Part shown: in pieces, positions 12,464-20,811 of the stretch
How the letters are laid out: every line of letters starts with the position of its first letter
Numbering within the stretch: the stretch's first letter is position 1
Assembly: GCA_045837725.1 (NCBI GenBank)
Contig: JBEWZL010000056.1
Location: forward strand, 62,001-126,000
From: Vermamoeba vermiformis
Taxonomy: Eukaryota
Direction: 5' to 3'
DNA: 64,000 nt
Position numbers and translations under genes: made by a program
The notes under the pieces: model-generated
Seen by the model: only the letters and a program-made list of their open reading frames with translations
The model's database searches: none
What the model was told of the DNA's origin: nothing

Positions 12464-14025
12464 AGATCGTAGCCCGCTCTAGTGCAGTGACCCTCCGCTT
12501 CAATCAGTGGAAGAGATTCTTGGTGGGGGACTCTGACGCCGACTTCCTGACCGACATTTTCAAGCCTGGTGGTGGCCTTCGAGTTGTCAAGGAGGGTGTG
12601 GCTGTGCCAGCGTCTTTCTTGCCGAACTACGCTAGTGTCTTGGAGTGCGAAGACTTCATCCACCAAGACATTATGACGGAACTAGAGAAGGGTTTCATTG
12701 CAGTACTGCCAGTCCAACCATACAAAGTCAATGCTCTTGGTGCAGTCAAGAAGAGCGAAGGCAAGTTCCGTCGCATTACTGATCTCAGTCGCCCAAAGGG
12801 TGCGGCGTTGAATGAATACATTGATTTGGTCAATTTTCAGTTTAGCACGGTCGATGATGCATGCGACTTCATAATGGAAAACCCTTGGGTTTTTGGCTGC
12901 AAGTTCGACATTGAAACAGCTTATCGTCATGTCCCGATCTGGCCGGGTGACTGGCATTACTTTGGCTTCGAGTGGCGTGGCACCTTCTACATCGATCTGC
13001 GCCTCTGCTTTGGTCTAGCTTCAGCTCCTTACGTTTTCTGGAGAATTTCTAATTTCATTGTCCGAGTAGGCAACAAGTTCTTTAACGTGGCCTTCATTTT
13101 GCCCTACATTGACGACTTCCTCGTGCTTTCTGTTGGCACTGACTCTGATGCTGCACGCGCTCAAGCTTGGAAAGACTTCGTCAATTTCCGCGAGTGTCTA
13201 ACCGAATTGGGTTGGCCAATTTCAGAGAAGAAGATGGTTGAGCCCTGTCAGGATCTGGTCTTCCTTGGCATCCGCATCAATATGCATGATCGCATCATTT
13301 CTTTACCAGAAGACAAGCTAGCTGACCTTCTCGACATTCTACGGAGCTTCAAGGATCGAGTTTCGTGCACTAAGCGCGATCTGGAGCGCTTGATTGGTAA
13401 GCTCAACTTCGGCGCTAAAGTGATCAGGGGCGGACGCACTTTCCTCCGCCGCATGATCATCCTGGCCAACTCGGTCCCAGAGCGACATCACGTGGTGTCT
13501 CTAGACGATGAATTCCGTGCAGATTTGGATTGGTGGCTTCGATTTGCGAGCGCCTGGAATGGCAAAGCCGTTATGCTGGACCCAATGCCCATTGACATGC
13601 GTCGGTTTGAGGTGGACGCCTCAAATAGTGCTGCGTGTGCTATCTTCGACAAGCACTTCATCGTGCGGATCCACGACCCTTTGACATCTGCGTGGCACAT
13701 CAATGATAAGGAGTGCCTTTCAGTCTACTTGGCTGCGCTTCGCTGGGCCCCAGAATGGGCCAACAAGCGGGTGATCGTCTCATCGGACAATACCACGACC
13801 GTTTCGGCCATCAACAAGGGGTCTTCAGCATCCCCAATCATCATGCGAATGCTACGGTCTCTGTTTTGGCTATCAGCGACACACAACTTTCACTTGACTG
13901 CGGTCCACGTACCGGGGGTTCTTAACGACCTGGCAGATGCGGGTTCGCGATTGAATTTCGACAAACTGATTGACAAAGGGCTCTCCATGCAGTTGTGCCC
14001 CGAGTTTGATCCAGAATGTCTTTGA
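12391..14025 (+). CDS. Reverse transcriptase / RNase H of the YR retrotransposon (no N-terminal ATG)
   Basis: KFRRITDLS, KFDIETAYRHVPI, LCFGLASAP, YIDDFL, FLGIRI; RNase H motifs VDAS, HINDKE, SDN, HVPGVLNDLADAGSR. Confidence 0.95.
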   Translation: MLQWPKRPSRQDEFIGRVCGAPGVEIVARSSAVTLRFNQWKRFLVGDSDADFLTDIFKPGGGLRVVKEGVAVPASFLPNYASVLECEDFIHQDIMTELEKGFIAVLPVQPYKVNALGAVKKSEGKFRRITDLSRPKGAALNEYIDLVNFQFSTVDDACDFIMENPWVFGCKFDIETAYRHVPIWPGDWHYFGFEWRGTFYIDLRLCFGLASAPYVFWRISNFIVRVGNKFFNVAFILPYIDDFLVLSVGTDSDAARAQAWKDFVNFRECLTELGWPISEKKMVEPCQDLVFLGIRINMHDRIISLPEDKLADLLDILRSFKDRVSCTKRDLERLIGKLNFGAKVIRGGRTFLRRMIILANSVPERHHVVSLDDEFRADLDWWLRFASAWNGKAVMLDPMPIDMRRFEVDASNSAACAIFDKHFIVRIHDPLTSAWHINDKECLSVYLAALRWAPEWANKRVIVSSDNTTTVSAINKGSSASPIIMRMLRSLFWLSATHNFHLTAVHVPGVLNDLADAGSRLNFDKLIDKGLSMQLCPEFDPECL

Positions 14026-15091
14026 CAGCGGAAGATTACATTGGCCTCGGCTATGTGGACTCCACGGTCAAGGCCAGGCAGGCAGTGGTTTCGGCCTTTG
14101 CCAGGTTCTGCTACGCTTCGAATCGAACATTCTTCCCGACGAACGAGTTTGTCCTGGCCGACTACGCGGCATATCTTGCAAATAATGGCGTCAAGGCAAG
14201 TTCGATCAAGACATACTTGACAGCCATTTTCGCTTTTCAACAGTTGCATGGTGGCCCACACCCAGCGCGTGACAGCCTTCGCCTCAAGGTGGTCCTCAAG
14301 GGCATTAAACGCGCGCAGTCCTACACACCGTCGAGCAAGCACCCTCTCACTCCTGTGGAGTTGCTCAAACTCAAGGCGTGCTTAGACTGGTCATCATCTC
14401 TCCACCGCACTTTCTGGGCTTGCCTCGTGGTCGGCTTCTGGTCTTTTCTTCGGGGTGGAAACCTTGTGCAGAAATCTGCGAAGAAATTCGACCCAGCAAA
14501 GCATCTCAGCGCGTTGAACTTGTCAAGGAACGAGCGTGGTTTCTTAATTTCGCTCAATCGAACGAAGACAGTCCAATTCAACGAGAGAAGGCTGATCATC
14601 CCGCTGCTCTCAGTACCGGGAAATGCGCTGTGTCCCGAAGTGGCCCTGGAGGCGATGTGGGCCTTGTGTCCCATGCCTGAATCGGGGTCGATTTTTTGTT
14701 TTAAAGGTGATGACGGTAGAGTTATGCCGCTGGTGCACTCGAAGCTTAACGATAGTAAGTATCGTGGCAGTAGTTGCATATTGTGCTTACTTACCTGTTT
14801 TCTCCAGTGATCAAGAAGACCTGCCTTCAGTGCGGGTTGGATCCGAAGGATTTCTCCGCACACTCGCTGCGTAAAGGTGGCACGACGGGAGCCTTCATCG
14901 CGGGAGCGGACAGGGTGATGGTCAAGGCTCAAGGAGACTGGGTGTCAGACGCCTACATGCGTTACGTCACTTTTTCTCTGGATCAGCGCTTGTCAGTCCC
15001 ACAGGCGATCATCGAGGCGATGAGAACTCCTCAATTTTTTGAGCGCTGCTCTTCCTTGTCTCTGGCGACGGCGGCGGCAATCTATCAATGA
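14016..15091 (+). CDS. Tyrosine recombinase, join(14016..14754,14808..15091)
   Basis: SAM-like N-terminus (ASSIKTYLTAI), catalytic R (FLRGGNL) and K (RTKT) in exon 1. HSLRKGG and GDWVSDAYMRY in exon 2. Intron GTAAGT...CTCCAG. Confidence 0.92.
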
Positions 15092-15120
15092 TCTGGTTTG
15101 GGGGCTCGTTCGCTGTGTTT

Positions 15121-15228
15121 GGGGGCTTTGGTGCTCTCGTTAGCCCCAACCCGTGGCGGGGGGTGACGGGGAGCCACCACCCCTAATAAAGCTGAATTTA
15201 CCCCCACGAGCAGCGCAGGCATTCGTGC
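15121..15228 (+). repeat. Split direct repeat B1 (108 bp)
   Basis: Matches 15457-15564; GC-rich; contains AATAAA. Confidence 0.95.
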
Positions 15229-15423
15229 AGCTACAGTGACGCAGCACTTAGCGTATGAATAGGCCAAGCGGATCGGTTTTTGGCAGCCCTGGTGGAGAAG
15301 TCACGTGCGATTCACACCAAAATTGGAAGTTCGAGGAAATAGAAGTGTCGAACGCCAACGCCAAGACTACCACAAGGCTCGTATATTTGACAGAGCCTAA
15401 TATTTATTTGTTAATTTTTTCTT
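15229..15423 (+). repeat. Split direct repeat A2
   Basis: Matches 10864-11058 and directly abuts B1. Confidence 0.95.
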
Positions 15424-15456
15424 TTTAATTTTTATTTTTATTCACGTTGTACAATA

Positions 15457-15564
15457 GGGGGCTTTGGTGCTCTCGTTAGCCCCAACCCGTGGCGGGGGGT
15501 GACGGGGAGCCACCACCCCTAATAAAGCTGAATTTACCCCCACGAGCAGCGCAGGCATTCGTGC
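15457..15564 (+). repeat. Split direct repeat B2
   Basis: Matches 15121-15228 and forms the right end of the element. Confidence 0.95.
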
Positions 15565-16320
15565 GCTCATTTATCGAAGACCAAGAAGGATGGACCGAAG
15601 CTATGAAGAAACAAGTCTTCTATTGCAGAACAAGTGATGGTGCTTATAATCACTTGGTTATCGCTAGTTTGGTATCAAGCGACATACTTTCGAAGAGATC
15701 TTGACTGAAATTCTCAACGAATATGGTGGTGGCAACCAAGACATGGTAAACTCGCTTCATATGAAAAATCTTGAGCAGTCTGACACTGAGACTGTCTCTG
15801 AATATTTTATGAGATTTTACAAGATCGCATCCAGAATTTCGAACCGATCTGACAGCGACAAAATGCATGATTTTATTTCAGGACTTCGTCTTGATATTCA
15901 AGAGTCCGTCGTGCATAAACAGCCCACCTCATTACATCAAGCTGTCGAGTTAGCTAAGAACGCTGAAGCCTGGACCGCGATGTATGGCAAGAAGAGAAAG
16001 AACGCTGCCAAACCTGCCCCGGTTCAACAAACGACCGTCAAGCCCTTCTTTTTCAGCAGAAACAATGGTCAATCGCCTCAACGCACGAACCCAATGGTCA
16101 CATCTGGATCTCCTCAGAATAATTCCAAAGTCGCGACTCCCGCTGCGACAAGCAAGTCAAATCAAGCTGCGACGCCCAAGACACCTGCGCCTAGCAACTT
16201 TGCCAAGAGACTTGACTACAACACCCCTTACCGCCCGCAACAGTTCAACAACATTGACGCATCCGAACTGGATCTTGACGAGAATTACGTTTTGGACGAC
16301 GATGAACTTGACGTCGACCA

Positions 16321-19300
16321 GGAAAACGACCAGTTGGAGGAGTAAATGGCTCGCCTCACTCCTTAGAGCAAGAGCCTTACAGCTCAATACCCTTTGAACT
16401 ACCCATTCTACAGCCCGACTACAACCCTTACCCAATCAAACCTCTCATCATACCTGCCTTTGTTCACAACATATTATCCGACACTTTATGGGATACTGGC
16501 GCCTCAAGATCGTTCGTCACCCCAGATCTCGTCAACGAACTCAAGATCAAGACTCACGCTGGTACACTCAACGTCAAAAACTCAAATCAACAACGGACAA
16601 CGCTCACTCACTATGCAATTGTTCCTATTCGACTCACTAATGGTTTCTCTATGGACTTCAAATTTTGGATCAACGACAAAATCAACTTTCCGCTAATTTT
16701 TGGTATGGATCTACTTAACGTCATGAAGCCTGTTCTGGATTTCGAGACTAGGCAAGTCTATTTTAAGCCTAGGATTATTCCCTACTCACCAGACAATATC
16801 ACGCGCGATACAACGATCATTCAACTGGAACGAGATCTACGCGTTCCCGCTCGCTGCGAGATGCGCTGCTCTTTACCTACTAATATGGCTGATGGTACCT
16901 CTGGTCTCATTGAACGTGCCGAATCTATCTCTGATCAATATGGCGTTACTTTGGCTCACAGTTTAACGACATCCAAAAATGGAAATATTATTGTCCGATT
17001 CTTAAATCCTCACGATACGGACATTATCATCAAGAAGAACACCAAAATTGGTCGCATAGTGCCCTATGAATTGCTTAATGAATTCTCTGACGAAGACTGC
17101 ACGTACACACAAGAAGAATTCTTCGCACCGTTCAAACTCGAAGAACGCTACAAACACTTGACTGCGCAACAACTAGAAATGCTCAAAAACACTATTTGGA
17201 AATGCCGCAACGCCTTCTCTTTTGGTTCTGACGCTCAACCTGGTTTAACTGACAAAGGAGAACATCGCATTGACCTTACTGACGAAACTCCGTTCAAACA
17301 GCATGCTTATCGCGTTCCGTACACTCAACGTGAATTCATGAAAGAGAAAATCGATCAAATGCTGGCTCAAGGCGTCATCTCAGTCTCGTCATCGTCATTC
17401 GCTTCACCTGTGGTTTTGGTTAAGAAGAAAGATGGCTCTCTACGATTCTGTGTGGACTATAGAAAACTCAATGGCGTAACTGTCAAAGACTTATATCCGT
17501 TGCCGAGAATTGACGACATGCTAACTTTACTTAACGGCAATCTTTATCTCTCAACACTAGACGCAGAAAATGGCTTTTGGCAGACCCCACTAGTGCCTAA
17601 AGATCGTCACAAAACTGCTTTCATCACTCCGTTTGGACTCTTTGAATTTAACCGGATGCCGTTTGGTCTTTGCAACGCTCCGTCAACATTTCAACGTCTT
17701 ATGGATGTGGTACTCTCTGGACTATTATGGCAAATCTGTTTGGTATATATGGATGATATTATCGTATTTGGACGCTCGTTCGAAGAACACTTACTAAATT
17801 TGGAAACCGTACTCAAAGCGCTCATCACCGCTGGTATCAAGCTCAAGCCCAGCAAATGCAACTTTTGTCAGGAAGAACTCAAATTCCTTGGTCATATCGT
17901 ATCAAAAGATGGCATTGCTACGGATCCAGAAAAGATCGAGAAAGTCAAGAATTCCCGAGAACCAACCAACGTCGAAGAATTACGCTCTTTCCTTGGACTT
18001 ACTGGTTACTATAGAAAATTCATTCAAAACTATGCTAATATCGCAGAACCTCTCATTCTACTCACCCGTCAAAACAACGCTTGGAAATGGGATCTCGCTC
18101 AACGATCCGCTTTCGAAGAGCTTAAGAAGAGGTTAACAGAAGCACCCATTTTAGCTCATCCCGATTTCGACTTGCCCTTCATTCTCTACACTGACGCTAG
18201 TTCCGTTGGACTTGGTGCCGTTTTATCACAAATTCAAGATGGAAAAGAACGCGTAATTTCGTACTGGTCCTCGACACTTGACCCTGCTAAACGAAATTAT
18301 TCCGCTACTGAAAGAGAATATATGGCCGTCGTCGAAGCTGTCAAGAATTTCCGTTACTACTTACTTGGAAAGAAATTTGAATTGGTCTTGGATCATCAAT
18401 CACTCGTCTTCTCACGCACTATGAAAGATGGAAATCAACGACTACTCAAATGGAGCTTATTTTTGCAAGAATATGATTTTGACATCGTTCATCGCTCAGG
18501 AAAATCACACTCGAACGCAGATGCACTCTCGCGATTGCCGATCGTCACTCTCAACAACATAATTGAAGAAGAAGTCGACATGCCCATCAATTTCACGACA
18601 GAACAAATCCAACAAGCCCAAGCTTTGGACCCTCTTATCAAGCCGCTCTTGGATCTCGTCACTACTCGATCCAAATCTAAAAATAGAAAGAAACAAAAGA
18701 AGTTAGAAGATTTCGTGGTCGAAGATGGCATATTATATCGCAACTATAGACCTAGTGGCATCGAAGAATTAATTCAGCGACAACTGGTACTTCCGCTCAC
18801 GCTCCGACCTCAGATCCTGAAATTCTATCACGATTCCGCTATTGGTGGTCATTTTGGATTCATGAAAACATATGGAAAAATTAGAGAACGCTTCTACTGG
18901 TTTGGAATGGCTAAAGATATTCAACACTACGTCTCATCTTGCGAATCCTGCTGTCGAAGGAAAATTCAACGCAAGATCTTTGGTGAACTCACTCCAATCG
19001 TCGTAAGCGAACCCTTCGAAATATTAGGAATGGATCTATTAGGTCCCTTCAAACCAACCAAGCACGGAAATAGCTACATTCTCGTCATGAGCGATCACCT
19101 GTCAAAATGGGTCGAAGTTTTTCCGCTCGCCGAAATTACATCAGCTGACATCGCTAAAATCTTGGTCGAAGAAGTAATTTGCCGCCATGGCTCCCCTCAG
19201 AGAATTCTCACTGATCAAGGCGACAATTTCAACTCGCAACTCGCTCATCAGATCTACAACATTCTCGCTGCTAAGAAAATGCGCACTGTGGCATATCACC

Positions 19301-20067
19301 CTCAAACGAATGGACTCACTGAACGCTTCAATCAGACTCTCGCTCAACAACTCACTCCGTTCGTCAACGAGAAGAAATTTTCAATTGCCTACAAAGTCGC
19401 CAAGCAAAACGTTGCTCAACGCAACGCTGATCTCAAAGAAGACAAGAAGTATCTTTACAAGAAGAAACAGAAGCTCAAACCGAAAGACATAGTCTGGTAC
19501 GCGCTCGCAAAACTTCCGCCTGGAACGACGAAGAAATTGGCTTATCGCAACATTGGTCCCTATGAAATCGAATCACTTCGTGGCAACAACGCACTCATAG
19601 TTAGTCCCACTGATCCAAAAGATAGACTCTACGTCAACGTTGGACAACTACGACTTCAGATCCCTCGCCGAAAAGAATTGGATATGGAAATTTCATCTTC
19701 TACCGATGAAATCTTACCCGCCGCTGATGACACGCCGCCTACACCTCATCAACGATCGCCGCCTGCGAAAACTCAACGAAAAACCACTGCCCGAAGAAGA
19801 AAATCTCCGTCAGATCTACTGCTCGAAAATCTACGCCTTATCTACACCTCAGTTCGAGATGGTGAAATGCTCAACGCATTCAAGACATCGCTGAAAGAAG
19901 CTATTGGCGAAGGTAGTGCCTGGACTACGTCAACGAAAGTCAAGAAACAATGGGAAAATCAGATCGTCACTGCAAGCACCGCTGCCGCCCTCAAAGAACT
20001 CATCGACAAATTCATCAAAGAAAATAACTTGGAGGACCAAGTCAAAGCTAACGAGGGGGTAATGTAA
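16321..20067 (+). CDS. pol: Gypsy pol (PR-RT-RNase H-IN), probably expressed by -1 frameshift; integrase appears internally deleted
   Basis: The frame is open upstream of Met 16651 and contains protease LWDTGAS. RT LRFCVDYRKLN and YMDDII; RH YTDAS and NADALSR; IN HHCC, GMDLLGP, TDQG, NGLTERFN, IGPY. The stop lies within the 3' LTR. Confidence 0.93.
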   Translation, partial: GKRPVGGVNGSPHSLEQEPYSSIPFELPILQPDYNPYPIKPLIIPAFVHNILSDTLWDTGASRSFVTPDLVNELKIKTHAGTLNVKNSNQQRTTLTHYAIVPIRLTNGFSMDFKFWINDKINFPLIFGMDLLNVMKPVLDFETRQVYFKPRIIPYSPDNITRDTTIIQLERDLRVPARCEMRCSLPTNMADGTSGLIERAESISDQYGVTLAHSLTTSKNGNIIVRFLNPHDTDIIIKKNTKIGRIVPYELLNEFSDEDCTYTQEEFFAPFKLEERYKHLTAQQLEMLKNTIWKCRNAFSFGSDAQPGLTDKGEHRIDLTDETPFKQHAYRVPYTQREFMKEKIDQMLAQGVISVSSSSFASPVVLVKKKDGSLRFCVDYRKLNGVTVKDLYPLPRIDDMLTLLNGNLYLSTLDAENGFWQTPLVPKDRHKTAFITPFGLFEFNRMPFGLCNAPSTFQRLMDVVLSGLLWQICLVYMDDIIVFGRSFEEHLLNLETVLKALITAGIKLKPSKCNFCQEELKFLGHIVSKDGIATDPEKIEKVKNSREPTNVEELRSFLGLTGYYRKFIQNYANIAEPLILLTRQNNAWKWDLAQRSAFEELKKRLTEAPILAHPDFDLPFILYTDASSVGLGAVLSQIQDGKERVISYWSSTLDPAKRNYSATEREYMAVVEAVKNFRYYLLGKKFELVLDHQSLVFSRTMKDGNQRLLKWSLFLQEYDFDIVHRSGKSHSNADALSRLPIVTLNNIIEEEVDMPINFTTEQIQQAQALDPLIKPLLDLVTTRSKSKNRKKQKKLEDFVVEDGILYRNYRPSGIEELIQRQLVLPLTLRPQILKFYHDSAIGGHFGFMKTYGKIRERFYWFGMAKDIQHYVSSCESCCRRKIQRKIFGELTPIVVSEPFEILGMDLLGPFKPTKHGNSYILVMSDHLSKWVEVFPLAEITSADIAKILVEEVICRHGSPQRILTDQGDNFNSQLAHQIYNILAAKKMRTVAYHPQTNGLTERFNQTLAQQLTPFVNEKKFSIAYKVAKQNVAQRNADLKEDKKYLYKKKQKLKPKDIVWYALAKLPPGTTKKLAYRNIGPYEIESLRGNNALIVSPTDPKDRLYVNVGQLRLQIPRRKELDMEISSSTDEILPAADDTPPTPHQRSPPAKTQRKTTARRRKSPSDLLLENLRLIYTSVRDGEMLNAFKTSLKEAIGEGSAWTTSTKVKKQWENQIVTASTAAALKELIDKFIKENNLEDQVKANEGVM
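20053..20062 (+). promoter_or_regulatory. Polypurine tract
   Basis: GAGGGGGTAA immediately before the 3' LTR. Confidence 0.75.
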
Positions 20068-20310
20068 CGTAAGAAATTACCCGTTGAAGACTTTGCGCGG
20101 ATTCGCTATTACCCGGATCGCGTAATTGAATAACATTATTTGAATAATCCAATATCCTAATAGGCTAAATAATATTATTAATAATTATATTAGCCTAAAT
20201 AATAATCAAAAAGTATAAATACGCTACTCGCGTAGCGAATCTCTTTGTACCTCTCTTTTATATAATAAACAACACATCTCTTTGTTGTAACAGCTTATTT
20301 ATTTGTTACA
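20063..20310 (+). repeat. 3' LTR of the Gypsy element
   Basis: Reads as identical to 9967-10214 and is followed by TSD CAATA. Confidence 0.97.
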
Positions 20311-20811
20311 CAATAATAAAGGCGAGGACGATGATATTCAAGATCTGCATAATGGTCATAAATCGTTCGTTTTGACCAAAGCTTCAGAAGCTGAGATCGC
20401 ATCCCGATACGCAGATCTCGGAGATTTGAACGAAGAAGACGCTGAAAAGATCAATGCAGATAAAATTAAGCAGCATGTTAAATTTAGTAGAGTAGATCCG
20501 GAATCTACTGACAAATCCAGCATGGCGACTCCACCGTCAGAATTAATTTTGGTTGCTCATGGTGCGAGAGACATGGATGATGTAACTATCGGACAATTTA
20601 ATAGCGTTGAAGAGCTTAAACAATATTACGTCGAGAATGGATTTGATTTGATATTCCTTTAAATTTTCGCTGGTGAAAATAAATTAGATCCAAACGAAAA
20701 GAAAATTTTGGATTTAATATTGTCTTATTTATTACATGGTTCGCTGCAAAGTGAAATAAAGTTGCATTGATGTTATTACCTTATTTAGTAATCGAAAATT
20801 CTATCGATCGC

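Larger units (their letters stand above)
10864..15564 (+). mobile_element. Tyrosine-recombinase retrotransposon (DIRS order, Ngaro-like) with split direct repeats
   Basis: A1-gag-RT/RH-YR-B1-A2-B2 layout, no methyltransferase ORF, CGTGC at both flanks and at the internal B1/A2 junction, visibly GC-richer than the host. Confidence 0.93.
10296..16345 (+). pseudogene. gag: Gypsy gag, split by the YR element and carrying a frameshift near 15680-15700
   Basis: The 5' half ends PFTGNGEPSAEEWIKSV and resumes in frame at 15565 as RSFIEDQEGW. The capsid-like NLEQSDTETVSEYFMRF...FISGLRLDIQ lies in ORF 15701-16345. Confidence 0.85.
9967..20310 (+). mobile_element. Ty3/Gypsy LTR retrotransposon containing a nested YR retrotransposon
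   Basis: Paired 248-bp LTRs (TGTAAC...GTTACA), 5-bp TSD CAATA at 9962-9966 and 20311-20315, PBS, PPT, and gag followed by PR-RT-RH-IN. Confidence 0.97.
9577..20662 (+). pseudogene. Host gene of unknown function interrupted in exon 3 by the Gypsy element
   Basis: Exons MSNVAQILQAGDAITFME / AGVRSPY...FGGLQ / EYKFTNG...EQYSYN. Removing 9967-20315 rejoins in frame to NKGEDDDIQDLHNG...FDLIFL* (ORF 20303-20662). Confidence 0.8.

Noticed and set aside
13890-14932. Antisense ORFs 13890-14342 and 14321-14932
   Set aside because: Shadow frames of GC-rich YR coding sequence with no recognisable motifs.
15121-15228. Self-cleaving ribozyme in the B repeat
   Set aside because: No hammerhead CTGANGA/GAAA core or convincing HDV-like fold was seen by eye. 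An Infernal/Rfam scan would be needed.
10859-15564. CGTGC at both ends as a target-site duplication
   Set aside because: The same 5-mer is part of the element's internal B1/A2 junction, so one copy is element-derived. It fits a recombination core, not a TSD.
10864-15564. DIRS1-type element, Crypton or prophage integrase
   Set aside because: The termini are split direct repeats rather than inverted, RT/RH is present, and there are no phage genes.
20303-20662. Independent ORF or env-like gene after the 3' LTR
   Set aside because: It is the in-frame 3' half of the interrupted host gene and lies outside the TSD.
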